Shown in pieces: positions 30,722 to 40,514 of a stretch of 64,000 nt of DNA; position 1 is the stretch's first letter, and each line of letters starts with the position of its first letter. The DNA is from Patescibacteria group bacterium. GTDB lineage: Bacteria; Patescibacteriota; Patescibacteriia; JAXHNJ01. The notes under the pieces were generated by a model. It saw nothing but the letters and a program-made list of their open reading frames with translations, was not told the origin of the DNA and ran no database searches. The DNA lies in contig JAXHNJ010000001.1 of the NCBI GenBank assembly GCA_034520665.1, positions 386,579 through 450,578 on the forward strand, in the 5' to 3' direction. The translations under genes and the position numbers were made by a program.

Positions 30722-32288
30722 GATAATAATAAAAAACTGAAGCTATAATTAAGATGTATCCAATTCCCAAAGGATGATTAAGATAAGGAGTAGTGAGATG
30801 AATAACTAAAAGGGAAATTAAACCCGCTAAAAGTGATTTAATTAAAATGTAATCATTATTCTTAAGGTATTTTAAGGTATAATGTCCGGTTTTATAGATA
30901 AAAGATATAAAATAAAGATAGGCTAAAAAACCCAGCAATCCAATTTTCACTATAATATCTAAATAAGCCCATTCATAGAGATAAACGCTGATATATTCAG
31001 TTAATTCAGTACCCGGAATCAAAGATTTAAAGGTTATTAAAGTGCCAAAGCCTGAGCCAAAAAAAGGATTTTCTTTTATTTTTTGCCAAAGAGGGTTTAG
31101 CATATTAATTCTATTCGAGGCCGCAAGCTCGGTATTTGGTTTTAATAAACTAGCAAAACGATTGCAAACAACTTGAAAAGTTTTTGGACTGACAGAATTT
31201 AGAATTAATCCTGATAATAAGATCATTAGAATAATGACTAAAATAATAGTAGCTATTTTTTTCTTTGATAAGCTAAAAAGCAAATAAACAAAAGCAATAG
31301 ATAAGCCTAACCAAAAACTGCGCGAGAATGAAATTAAAATAATTAATAATAAGAAAATTCCTAAGATATATTCCGGTAAAAGATTTTTGAATTTCTTTTG
31401 GCTAAAAAAAATAGATCCCACTATAATAAGAAAATAGATAATCAAATAAAAATGACTGGTGCTGAAAATTCTAAAAAAACGCCCCCCTAAATAAGAAACT
31501 TCGGCTAGCCCCAAATCTTTAAGCCAACGGTAAACAAGTGGTTTGTCTTCATTTAATTCTTCTGAAGTTAAATTAAGTTTTTCACGGGCTAGTTTTGTAG
31601 CCTGAGCTAAACGAGCATTTTCTGGTTGATTAGCTAGATTTTCCATTTCTTCTAATTGTTTACTTTCAATTTTAGTAGCCTCAATTAAGTTATTGTTGTA
31701 ATGAAAAATACTAAAATCAGCTAAAATAAAAAGAGTAAACAAGGAAAGAGCGATAACAGAAATTCCCAGTATTTTTAATAATTTTTTGATATTTTCTTTT
31801 TGGCTTAAGACCGAGAAAAAAGGAAAAATTAAAGCTAAATAAAAATAAGCATTAATATCATAAAAAACCAAAGAGGGGTTATTATTTTTTAAACCAATTA
31901 AAAAACCCATCCCGATAAATATTATCAACAATAAATAAGGAAACCATAAATTTGACTGTAAAAACTTGATTTCTTTTTTTCTAATTAGGTAGATTAAATA
32001 AGCGGCTATTAAAACAATAAAGATTAATAGCCGTAGTGAGACAACATAATCAAAAATTGGAAAAGAAAAAAGATAACCTTTGGACCCGATAAACAATTCA
32101 AAAAGAGCTAAAAAAACGCCGTACTTCAATTTTTTAAAACTTAAAAAAACAGTCAAAATTAATATTGACCAAAAAACAGTGTAATTTATCCAAGGGTAGA
32201 TAAAACCAATAAATGATAAGAGAAAAATCAACAACAAAAAGAAAACGTACAGATAGGTTTTTTTGTTTTTTAAAAAAATAAGCTCCAT
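30684..32288 (-). CDS. polytopic membrane protein, O-antigen ligase/Wzy-like polymerase
   Basis: 534 aa with at least 10 TM helices and a large periplasmic loop. It is flanked by glycosyltransferase genes. Confidence 0.45.
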   Translation of the reverse strand: MELIFLKNKKTYLYVFFLLLIFLLSFIGFIYPWINYTVFWSILILTVFLSFKKLKYGVFLALFELFIGSKGYLFSFPIFDYVVSLRLLIFIVLIAAYLIYLIRKKEIKFLQSNLWFPYLLLIIFIGMGFLIGLKNNNPSLVFYDINAYFYLALIFPFFSVLSQKENIKKLLKILGISVIALSLFTLFILADFSIFHYNNNLIEATKIESKQLEEMENLANQPENARLAQATKLAREKLNLTSEELNEDKPLVYRWLKDLGLAEVSYLGGRFFRIFSTSHFYLIIYFLIIVGSIFFSQKKFKNLLPEYILGIFLLLIILISFSRSFWLGLSIAFVYLLFSLSKKKIATIILVIILMILLSGLILNSVSPKTFQVVCNRFASLLKPNTELAASNRINMLNPLWQKIKENPFFGSGFGTLITFKSLIPGTELTEYISVYLYEWAYLDIIVKIGLLGFLAYLYFISFIYKTGHYTLKYLKNNDYILIKSLLAGLISLLVIHLTTPYLNHPLGIGYILIIASVFYYYLGQSYADKKGKY

Positions 32289-32331
32289 ATTTTGAGCTTA
32301 AATAATAACACATTTTAGGTCGTGGCGCAAC

Positions 32332-33204
32332 CTAATTTTTTCTTTGAAATACGGCAAAAAAAGGGGTTAATAAGGCTAAAAATAGACTTAAAGGTGTAAG
32401 TAAAGCCAACCAATAATAGGAAAAGGAGGAGTGATATTTTTTAAAATAATAAAGAAGGCTGCGGTTAAAATTTATTTGTGAGCGAATTGATTTAACTTTT
32501 TTAAAACTCTCTCCCCCATGGTGTATAATTTTAACCAAAGGGTAAAAATCAACTTTTAATCCTACTTCTTTAACGCGGCGACAAAAATCGACCTCTTCAA
32601 AAAGAATATAAAAATTTTCATCAAAGCCACCGACTTTCTCAAGAACAGAGCGCCTAATTAAAAAATAGGCTCCCATAACCTGATCAACTTCTTTACTTTC
32701 TTTATAATCAAAATCTTGCATCAGATATTTTCTTAAAGATCTAAGTTTAGGGAAAATATGATGGATTTTTAAAAGTATTAAAGTTTGCGACAGAGTGGTG
32801 GGAAAACGCCGACAAGAAGGCTGTAAACTCAAATCTGAGTTTAATATTTTAGGTCCCATTACACCGGTAAAGTGATTTTTTTTCATATAAGTAAGGCTTT
32901 TTTTCAGAGTATCTGGTAAAAGAACAGTATCTGGATTAAGCAGCAAAAGGTATTTTCCTTTTGATTGAGCCAGGCCTTGGTTAACGGCTGTGGCAAAGCC
33001 AAAATTTTTTTTATTACTTATTAGCTTAACTTGAGGAAATTTCTTTTTTATTAAAGATAGGGTATTATCTTTTGAATTATTATCAATAACAATAATTTCA
33101 AATTCTATGTTCTCGGAATTTTTATAAATTGAGTTTAAACAAATATTTAAATGTTTAGAGACATTCCAAGATACAATAATAATTGATAATTCTAGTCGGG
33201 GCAT
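32332..33204 (-). CDS. glycosyltransferase family 2
   Basis: LSIIIVSWN...IDNNSKDNT GT2 motif. Confidence 0.8.
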   Translation of the reverse strand: MPRLELSIIIVSWNVSKHLNICLNSIYKNSENIEFEIIVIDNNSKDNTLSLIKKKFPQVKLISNKKNFGFATAVNQGLAQSKGKYLLLLNPDTVLLPDTLKKSLTYMKKNHFTGVMGPKILNSDLSLQPSCRRFPTTLSQTLILLKIHHIFPKLRSLRKYLMQDFDYKESKEVDQVMGAYFLIRRSVLEKVGGFDENFYILFEEVDFCRRVKEVGLKVDFYPLVKIIHHGGESFKKVKSIRSQINFNRSLLYYFKKYHSSFSYYWLALLTPLSLFLALLTPFFAVFQRKN

Positions 33205-33206
33205 AA

Positions 33207-35027
33207 TTAATTTAATTTATGTTTCTTGGTAACCATTTTTTGGTATTTTTCTTTATTAATAGTTTTTGAAATCCCTTGTTTTCTCATCGGTCCTTTAAAT
33301 AAAATTTTATTTAGGGCCAAGCCTTTTTTTCCTTCTTTAATCATAGTAAGCCATAAGTCCCAATCCTGAAAACGAGCCAGTTTTTCATCAAAACCGGGAA
33401 AATCCTTTTTTTTCATCAAAGACATAGTGGAAATGTAATTATACTTTTTTAATCTATTTTTAGAAAATTTTAAAGGGTGGAATTTTTTTGAACCAAAAAT
33501 AAATCCGCTATAACAAAAAGAAACAAAGGGATTTAACTCAAGCACTTTAAACATCTCTAAAAGACAATTTGGTTTTAAGATTATATCAGAGTCACAGAAA
33601 AATAAATATTTACCTCTGGCTTTACTAGCTCCAAGATTACGAACAGCGGCCGCTTGATCCGGTAATTCACCTTTATGCTTTCTTTTTAAGACTAATAGAT
33701 TTTTATATTGTCTTAAAACTTGATTTAGTTTTTTATCCGGTCCGTCATTAATGACTATAATTTCGTAGTTTTTTAAACTTTGTAATTGAATGGAGTTTAA
33801 ACAAGAGTCTATAAAATCTGAAGCACCAAAAGCAGGAATAATAACACTGATCAAAGGCTTTTCATATTTTTTTGAAAGTTCATTATTATTTTTTAAAATA
33901 AATTTAACTTTTTTAATCTGAGTCTGCCAGTTAAAAGTCTTTTTTACCCAGTTAAAGCCCTTTTCACCTAATAATTTTGAGTATTCATAATTATTTAATA
34001 GTTTAATTACGGCCTGTGATATTTCATTAACACTTTTTGAATTAACAGCTAGACCGGTTTGTCTGTCTATTATTGTTTCTTTAGTGCCGCCGGCTAGGCC
34101 CAATATTACTGGAATTCTTTGGGATTGGGCCTCTAAATAGGCTAAACCAAAACTCTCTAAGTCTTTTTTTTCTTTTTCTTCACGAGTCGGCATAATAAAC
34201 AAATCAGCAGCCTGGTAAAAAGGTATTTTCTTTAATAAATTATCTTTAACAGCTCCGGTAAAAATTACCTTATTTTTCAAACCTAATTTTTCGGTTAAGT
34301 TTTGCAAATATTCTTTGTCCGGGCCATCTCCTACAATAAGGTAAATGAGATTAGGTATTTTTTTTAGTATTTTTGGCAGAGAGCGAATAACCATATCCTG
34401 TCCTTTTCTTTTAACTAGACGCCCTAAGGTAAGCAGTACTTTTTTATTATTTAAATTATATTTTTTTTTGATAAAATTAGAACTGGTTTTAACCTTAAAA
34501 ATATTCTGATTTAAAGAAGGATAAACTACTATAATTTTTGAGGGAAAAACACCTAGCTCGATAATTTTTTGTTTCATAAATTCTGTGTTGGCAATAACCC
34601 ACTGGGCGTTTTTTAGGTTCTTGGTCATGATTTTTTTCTGTAACCAATTTTTTTGAGGAATCAAAGTATCCACTCCGTGAGTATAAACTAAATAAGGTAT
34701 CTTAAATAATTTTTTAAAAACAAGACCAACTGTAACTAAATTAAAATAATGGCCAAATTGTAGATATTGGATTTTTTCTTGTTTAATAATTTTTTTTATC
34801 CGCCAAAAAAGAGGCAGCCAGGAGGGTTTAAAAAACCGCCAGGGATAAAAATTAAGGCGGATAATTTTCCTTTTGTATTTTTTATCAAAATCTCCCCTTG
34901 GCAAATCATCATCAGTTAATATAGATATTTTATCTTCAGGCAGTTGATAGCATAAATTTTTGAAATAATTTTCAATACCGCCAATTTTGGGAGGAAAGAA
35001 ATTAGTAATTAATAATGATTTTTTCAT
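33207..35027 (-). CDS. bifunctional glycosyltransferase (N-terminal GT4/GT-B fused to C-terminal GT2/GT-A)
   Basis: N-terminal half carries ESFGLAYLEAQ (E-x7-E). C-terminal half carries ISVIIPAFG...INDGPD (GT2). Confidence 0.75.
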   Translation of the reverse strand: MKKSLLITNFFPPKIGGIENYFKNLCYQLPEDKISILTDDDLPRGDFDKKYKRKIIRLNFYPWRFFKPSWLPLFWRIKKIIKQEKIQYLQFGHYFNLVTVGLVFKKLFKIPYLVYTHGVDTLIPQKNWLQKKIMTKNLKNAQWVIANTEFMKQKIIELGVFPSKIIVVYPSLNQNIFKVKTSSNFIKKKYNLNNKKVLLTLGRLVKRKGQDMVIRSLPKILKKIPNLIYLIVGDGPDKEYLQNLTEKLGLKNKVIFTGAVKDNLLKKIPFYQAADLFIMPTREEKEKKDLESFGLAYLEAQSQRIPVILGLAGGTKETIIDRQTGLAVNSKSVNEISQAVIKLLNNYEYSKLLGEKGFNWVKKTFNWQTQIKKVKFILKNNNELSKKYEKPLISVIIPAFGASDFIDSCLNSIQLQSLKNYEIIVINDGPDKKLNQVLRQYKNLLVLKRKHKGELPDQAAAVRNLGASKARGKYLFFCDSDIILKPNCLLEMFKVLELNPFVSFCYSGFIFGSKKFHPLKFSKNRLKKYNYISTMSLMKKKDFPGFDEKLARFQDWDLWLTMIKEGKKGLALNKILFKGPMRKQGISKTINKEKYQKMVTKKHKLN

Positions 35028-35030
35028 TTT

Positions 35031-36584
35031 TTACCGTCTAATTATAGATTTAATTACATATCGTAATTCTGAATACTTTATAATTTTTAATAAAAGTATT
35101 AGCGCTATGTATATTAGCACCCCGATGGGTATCAGTAAAATAAAATTAACAGCCGGTTTAAGCCAATAAATACTTAAAGCCATACCGAGCGAGGCGGTAA
35201 GGCTGCGAAAAAACCAGGAGACTATTTTTGCTTTATTGTATTTAATTATTTTTTGAGTCTGATAATAAGCCACTACAAAGAGAAAAACAGCTGAAGAAAG
35301 AGCGGCTATAGAAGCTCCGATGTGATTAAAGCGCGGTATTAAAATTAAATTAATTATGACATTAAAAGCGACTGTTAGGCCTATGTTTAGAGTATTTTTT
35401 TTCTGACGATTGGTAGCGTTTAAGACCGAACTTAAAATAAAATTAATAAAGATAAAAACTAAACCTAAAATTGAAATTCGAAAAGCTGGAATAGAGCGAG
35501 TATAATCACTGGTAAAAAGAACTGTAATTTTATCGGCTAAAACAAAAGCTCCTAAGGATATAGGTAAACTGATAATCATTAAATAACGAAAAGCATTTTC
35601 TACGGTTCTAGCTAAAATTTCTTGAGAAGAAATATAAAGTCTGGAAAGAGCTGGATAAATACTATTATTAAAAGCTAAGGGTATAAACTGAATAGCATAT
35701 GTTAGTTTATAGGCTACCGAGTACCAGCCGACATACTCTTCCCCACCCTGACCTTTTTTTAAAAAAGAGAGTAAGAGTATATCGATATAAGCATAGATTT
35801 TAGTAAAAATACCGGCCAGGAAAAAGGGCATAGCCATTTTAAAAAGTTTTCTTAAAAGAGAAAAATTAAGATAAAACCGAGGCTTTATATCAGTATGTTT
35901 TACTAATTTTATTAAGGCATACAAAAAATTACCGATAGCTCCGATAAGAATAGCTATACCGAGGACAATCGGCTGCTTAAAAATTTGCAGCATAACAATA
36001 CCTGAGCTAACCACCAAGAGCTGATATATTAAAGTGCCGATTGATTCATATTTTAAATTATGAAAGCCCCGGAAAACACCAAATATACTCAAACTAAAAG
36101 ATTCAAAAAGCATAACAAAGCCGGCAAAATAAACCAGAGACTTAGTAGTTTCTGGATAAGATAAAGTATTGATAGTAATATAGATAAGTAAAATAGCCGT
36201 AAAAGCAAAAAATACTTTCACCGTAAAAATAGCTGAAAAATACTTATGAGCCTTATTTTTAAAACGGGAGATTTCACGAATTAAAACCGGATTTAAACCT
36301 AAATCAACTAAAATACCAAAAACTGTAGTAAAGGAAACCGCAAAAACAAATTGGCCGGTACCAATATAGCCAATATAACGGGCATAATAAATAAAGTAAC
36401 CAAATGAGATTACTTTTTGTAGGGTGTAGGCAATGGTTAAAAATAAAGTATTACGAGAAACCTTATTTTCTCTGATTTGTTTAGACAATTTTCTTTTTTT
36501 ATATGTTTTATCTTTTTCTCCACTGCGGAGCCCGGCGAGCCCGTTTGAGACCGTATTTTTTTCTTTCTTTGACTCTTGGATCAC
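35031..36584 (-). CDS. polysaccharide flippase, Wzx/MOP superfamily
   Basis: About 14 TM helices. The 5' end overlaps the rpsI 3' end by ~77 nt, so the true start is probably a non-ATG codon further in, for example TTG at 36488. Confidence 0.65.
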   Translation of the reverse strand: MIQESKKEKNTVSNGLAGLRSGEKDKTYKKRKLSKQIRENKVSRNTLFLTIAYTLQKVISFGYFIYYARYIGYIGTGQFVFAVSFTTVFGILVDLGLNPVLIREISRFKNKAHKYFSAIFTVKVFFAFTAILLIYITINTLSYPETTKSLVYFAGFVMLFESFSLSIFGVFRGFHNLKYESIGTLIYQLLVVSSGIVMLQIFKQPIVLGIAILIGAIGNFLYALIKLVKHTDIKPRFYLNFSLLRKLFKMAMPFFLAGIFTKIYAYIDILLLSFLKKGQGGEEYVGWYSVAYKLTYAIQFIPLAFNNSIYPALSRLYISSQEILARTVENAFRYLMIISLPISLGAFVLADKITVLFTSDYTRSIPAFRISILGLVFIFINFILSSVLNATNRQKKNTLNIGLTVAFNVIINLILIPRFNHIGASIAALSSAVFLFVVAYYQTQKIIKYNKAKIVSWFFRSLTASLGMALSIYWLKPAVNFILLIPIGVLIYIALILLLKIIKYSELRYVIKSIIRR

Positions 36585-36972
36585 GTTTTAATAAACCTTC
36601 CGGTTTTAAGAGTTTGCGATTTTTTGGCTCTAAAGTTACTAAGATTCTGGACATGCCCAAAGAAATAGCTTCAACCTGTCCCCTCTTACCACCACCTTTA
36701 ACTTTAATTGTAAACTTACCAAATTTTTTTAAATTTCCGGTTACTTTTAATGGCTTTTCAATTATATTTTTGAACTCTAAGTTTACAAAATGCTCTTTAT
36801 AATCTTTTTGGTTAATAATAATCTCATTTTTACCCTTTTTGTAATATCTTACACGAGCCACCGCCGATTTACGCCGGCCAACGGCAAATATATAAGTTCT
36901 TTTTTTGGAACCTTTTTTACTTCTAGATTTTTTATTGGAAGATTTCTGAGTTTTTTTTGCTTTTTTTACCAT
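36508..36972 (-). CDS. rpsI: 30S ribosomal protein S9 with K-rich N-terminal extension
   Basis: Core YIFAVGRRKSAVARV and C-terminus RRAPQWRKR. Confidence 0.9.
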   Translation of the reverse strand: MVKKAKKTQKSSNKKSRSKKGSKKRTYIFAVGRRKSAVARVRYYKKGKNEIIINQKDYKEHFVNLEFKNIIEKPLKVTGNLKKFGKFTIKVKGGGKRGQVEAISLGMSRILVTLEPKNRKLLKPEGLLKRDPRVKERKKYGLKRARRAPQWRKR

Positions 36973-36975
36973 AAT

Positions 36976-37323
36976 TTAGTTGGAAATTTTTAATCGTTTT
37001 AGCCTATGTTTTAACAATCTATTATGAGGTAACATGCCTTTAACGGCCATCTTTAACACAGAAGATGGATCTTTTTTCATTAACACAGATAGTTTCTTTT
37101 GCTTAACACCACCTTGATAACCACTATATTTATAAAATACTTTATTTTTGCTTTTAAGACCGGTTAATTTTATTTTAGAGGCATTTTTTACTTCCAGAAT
37201 TAAATTTCCCGGCTTATGGGGCTGGTAATTTGGTTGATCCTTACCCATTAATCTAATAGCAACTTGACTGGCCAAGCGACCAAGGGGTTTATTATTAGCA
37301 TCAATAATTTCTTTATTTTTCAT
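36976..37323 (-). CDS. rplM: 50S ribosomal protein L13
   Basis: Immediately upstream of rpsI in the conserved rplM-rpsI order, with a basic composition. Confidence 0.8.
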   Translation of the reverse strand: MKNKEIIDANNKPLGRLASQVAIRLMGKDQPNYQPHKPGNLILEVKNASKIKLTGLKSKNKVFYKYSGYQGGVKQKKLSVLMKKDPSSVLKMAVKGMLPHNRLLKHRLKRLKISN

Positions 37324-37328
37324 ATTAT

Positions 37329-37676
37329 TTAAACAAATTCAATTAAAGCCATTAGAGCATTATCGCCGGAACGTCGGCCTATTTTTACCACTCTGGTGTA
37401 ACCTCCGTCCCGCTTTTTATATTTAGGAGCAATATTTTTGAATAAAATATTAGCTGTTTTTTTATTAAGATATTTTTGAAGATAACGCAGAGAAGAAGGC
37501 TGGCCTGAACGACTTTTAGTAATCAGCTTCTCTATATAGGCTCTAAGGACTTTAGCTTTAGTATGAGTAGTTTTAATACGGCGGTGAATAATTAATTCAC
37601 AGGCTAAATTACGGATTAAAGCTCGTCGTCCAGAAGCGTTACGATCAAGTATTTTCTTTTTTTTACGATGTCTCAT
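37329..37676 (-). CDS. rplQ: 50S ribosomal protein L17
   Basis: MRHRKKKK...LITHRRIKTT-type N-terminus, positioned downstream of rpoA. Confidence 0.9.
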   Translation of the reverse strand: MRHRKKKKILDRNASGRRALIRNLACELIIHRRIKTTHTKAKVLRAYIEKLITKSRSGQPSSLRYLQKYLNKKTANILFKNIAPKYKKRDGGYTRVVKIGRRSGDNALMALIEFV

Positions 37677-37693
37677 TATAGTATTTTACGAAG

Positions 37694-38503
37694 TTATTTT
37701 TTTTCCGGGGTAGTTATCGACTTTTCTTTAGTTATTTTCTTTTTCTCTTCTTCTTTTGGCTGGTTTTTCTGGTCTTTTTCATTCTCTACTTTTTTGGTTT
37801 TATCCTTTTTTTCTGTTGATTGTAAACCTTTAACAAAGTTAAAATGCTTAACCAAAAGTTCGGCGGCCTGCTTAAGGGCTTGCTCACCGGTTAAAGTCCC
37901 GTCTGTTTTAATATCTAAAATAAGCCGGTCAAAGTTAGTGATCTCGCCCACACGGACATTTTCTACGTGAAAATTAACATTTTTAATCGGGGTATAAATG
38001 GCATCAATTCTAATATTGCCAATCTGAACCTCTTCTTCTTCTCTTGATTCTACCGGTTTATAGCCGCGACCGCGTTCAACTGTTAACTCCATCTCGAGCT
38101 CGGCTTCTTTATCGGTTAAATTAGCAATAACTTGATTCTTATTAGATATTTCAATATCAGCCGTCGCTTTAATATCACCGGCTTTTACTTTTTTCTCGCC
38201 TTTTTCTTTTAAGATGAGTTTAACTGGTTCCGGGCTGGAATATTTAAAGTTAATCTGTTTTAAATTAAGAATAATTGAAATGACGTCTTCTTTTACATTT
38301 TTGATAGTAGAAAATTCATGCTCAACACCTTTAATTTTAACGGCGGTAACAGCCGCTCCAGATAAGGAAGATAATAAGACCCTTCTCAAAGCATTTCCAA
38401 TTGTGTTGCCATAACCCGGATAAAGCGGCTCAATAATAAATTGCTTTGAATCATCTTTAGCTTTTTTAATTTCAATTTTTGTTGGCAGAGGAAAATTTTC
38501 CAT
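37694..38503 (-). CDS. rpoA: DNA-directed RNA polymerase alpha subunit, N-terminal domain only, with a K/E-rich tail replacing the alpha-CTD
   Basis: The alpha-NTD motifs EPLYPGYGNTIGNALRRVLLSSL are present. The sequence ends in the low-complexity EKKDKTKKVENEKDQK... tail with no helix-hairpin-helix CTD. Confidence 0.85.
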   Translation of the reverse strand: MENFPLPTKIEIKKAKDDSKQFIIEPLYPGYGNTIGNALRRVLLSSLSGAAVTAVKIKGVEHEFSTIKNVKEDVISIILNLKQINFKYSSPEPVKLILKEKGEKKVKAGDIKATADIEISNKNQVIANLTDKEAELEMELTVERGRGYKPVESREEEEVQIGNIRIDAIYTPIKNVNFHVENVRVGEITNFDRLILDIKTDGTLTGEQALKQAAELLVKHFNFVKGLQSTEKKDKTKKVENEKDQKNQPKEEEKKKITKEKSITTPEKK

Positions 38504-38530
38504 ATTTTTTATAGTTAAGAATAAAATATT

Positions 38531-39154
38531 TTATTTAGCGTAAAACTCGACTAATAATTGGGTTTGTATACCTAATTCCAAATCTTTTTCTTGGGGCTGA
38601 TTTATCACTTTACCTTTAAGCTCTTTTTTATCCAAATCAAGCCAAGAAGGAACTTGGTGTTTTTCTATTTTCTTCTTAAGGTTTTTAAAGAAATCACTTT
38701 CAAGGGATTTCTTTCGGATTTGAATAGCCTCTTTTGGACTAACTTGATAGGAGGGAAAACTAACTTTTTTTCCATTAATTTGTATATGGCCGTGGGTGAT
38801 TATCTGTCTGGCTTGTATTCTTGAAGCGGCCAGACCAAGTTTATAAATAACGTTGTCCAAACGGCTTTCCAATTGTTGTAAAAATAGCTGACCGGTATTG
38901 CCTTTCTTATTCATGGCTTTTTTCATATAGTTTCTTAACTGAGTTTCAGTCAAAGCATACATATAGCGCACTTTTTGTTTTTCCCGCAAATGAATACCAT
39001 AACTAGAAAGTCTCCTTCTACGTTTCTGACCGTGCGACCCCGGTGGATAATTTCTTTTGACCATAGCGCATTTTGGCGTTTGACAACGCTCACCCTTTAA
39101 AAAGAGTTTTTCACCCGAGCGTCGACATAATTTACATTTAGCAGCTATCTTCAT
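38531..39154 (-). CDS. rpsD: 30S ribosomal protein S4 (zinc-finger form)
   Basis: CKLCRRSGEKLFLKGERCQTPKC zinc ribbon and an S4 RNA-binding domain. Confidence 0.95.
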   Translation of the reverse strand: MKIAAKCKLCRRSGEKLFLKGERCQTPKCAMVKRNYPPGSHGQKRRRRLSSYGIHLREKQKVRYMYALTETQLRNYMKKAMNKKGNTGQLFLQQLESRLDNVIYKLGLAASRIQARQIITHGHIQINGKKVSFPSYQVSPKEAIQIRKKSLESDFFKNLKKKIEKHQVPSWLDLDKKELKGKVINQPQEKDLELGIQTQLLVEFYAK

Positions 39155-39156
39155 AG

Positions 39157-39561
39157 TTAAACTCTCCTTACCTTTTTAGGACGCGGCCCGTTATGGGGTA
39201 TGGGCGTGCGGTCTTTAATACTAGTTATATTCAAACCATTATTATATAAAGCGCGAACGGCTGCTTCCCGGCCGCTGCCAACACCTTTGATAAAAACATC
39301 AACAGTTTTAAGTTTATAACTCTTGGCTTTCTCGACAGCGTCACGGACAATTACACCAGCTGCGTAGGGAGTAGCTTTTTTAGGACCTTTAAAACCCATT
39401 CGACCGGCTGAAGATGAAGTAATTACATCACCCTTAGTATCCGTTAAAGTAACAATGGTATTATTATAAGTTGAAAAAATATAAGCATAACCTTTTTCGA
39501 CTATTCTTTTTCTTTTTGATATAGATTTTTTCTGTTTTTTGATATTCTTTTTTTTAGGCAT
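39157..39561 (-). CDS. rpsK: 30S ribosomal protein S11
   Basis: Conserved GVIVRDAVEKAK... core of S11. Confidence 0.95.
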   Translation of the reverse strand: MPKKKNIKKQKKSISKRKRIVEKGYAYIFSTYNNTIVTLTDTKGDVITSSSAGRMGFKGPKKATPYAAGVIVRDAVEKAKSYKLKTVDVFIKGVGSGREAAVRALYNNGLNITSIKDRTPIPHNGPRPKKVRRV

Positions 39562-39576
39562 AAATTAAGTAATAAA

Positions 39577-39969
39577 TTAAGTTTTTTCTACAGCCGGCTT
39601 TTTGCCGGAACCCATAGTTCTTCTGACATTACCGCGTACTGTTCGGGAATTAGTTTTTGTTCTTTGGCCTCGGGCTGGCAGATTTTTGGAATGCCGACTG
39701 CCGCGATAACTACCGACTTCTTTAAGTCTTTTTATATTCATAGCTTGACTTCTTCTCAGCTCACCTTCTACCTGATATTTATCTTCAATCAATTTCCGCA
39801 GTGAATTAGCTTCTTTGTCTGTTAATTGATCTGTTCTTTTGTCGGGGTCAATTTTAGTAGACTTTAAAATTTCATTGGCTAATGAACGGCCAATACCGTA
39901 GATATAGGTTAAAGCAATTTCTATTCTTTTATTCTTTGGTAGGGTTACCCCTGATATTCTTATAGCCAT
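39577..39969 (-). CDS. rpsM: 30S ribosomal protein S13
   Basis: [12 protein letters not shown]-terminus and a basic C-terminal tail. Confidence 0.95.
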   Translation of the reverse strand: MAIRISGVTLPKNKRIEIALTYIYGIGRSLANEILKSTKIDPDKRTDQLTDKEANSLRKLIEDKYQVEGELRRSQAMNIKRLKEVGSYRGSRHSKNLPARGQRTKTNSRTVRGNVRRTMGSGKKPAVEKT

Positions 39970-39981
39970 ATATATAAAAAA

Positions 39982-40095
39982 TTATCCCTGTCTTTGTTTA
40001 TGTTTAGGGTTTTTACAAACCACCCGTACTCTTTTTTTTCGGCGGATTATTTTACAGTCTTTACAAATTTTTTTTACTGAAGAACGAACTTTCAT
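39982..40095 (-). CDS. rpmJ: 50S ribosomal protein L36 (37 aa; below the ORF-track cutoff)
   Basis: Reverse-complement translation [37 protein letters not shown] with the CxxC...C...H zinc ribbon. It sits between infA and rpsM as expected. Confidence 0.85.
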   Translation of the reverse strand: MKVRSSVKKICKDCKIIRRKKRVRVVCKNPKHKQRQG

Positions 40096-40100
40096 AATAT

Positions 40101-40361
40101 TTATAATCTATAAGTAATACGACCTTTAGTTAAATCATAGGGTGACATTTCCAGCTGAACTGTGTCTCCGGGCAGTAATTTAATGCGATGCATACGCATT
40201 TTACCCGAAAGATGAGCCAATATTTCAGGTCCACTTTCAAGTTTTACCTTGAAGGTAGCAGAAGGTAAAAGCTCAGTAACCTCACCTTTAGTTTCTATAA
40301 AACCCTTTTTATTAGTCTTAATTTCGCTTTTTTTTGCTTTATTTTCTTCTTGTTTAGACAT
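40101..40361 (-). CDS. infA: translation initiation factor IF-1 with K-rich N-terminal extension
   Basis: S1-like OB core [19 protein letters not shown]...RITYR. Confidence 0.9.
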   Translation of the reverse strand: MSKQEENKAKKSEIKTNKKGFIETKGEVTELLPSATFKVKLESGPEILAHLSGKMRMHRIKLLPGDTVQLEMSPYDLTKGRITYRL

Positions 40362-40514
40362 ATTTAATAAAAATTGTGCCCTTAATAACTTAAAAATGGC
40401 ACAAAAGTAATTTATCTTATTTTAGAAAGCCATTCCTAAGTCGTGAGGTTCAAAAATAGTTTACCAAATACTACTCATACCTGTCAAGTCTTGACCTTAG
40501 TTATTAGTTAATTT

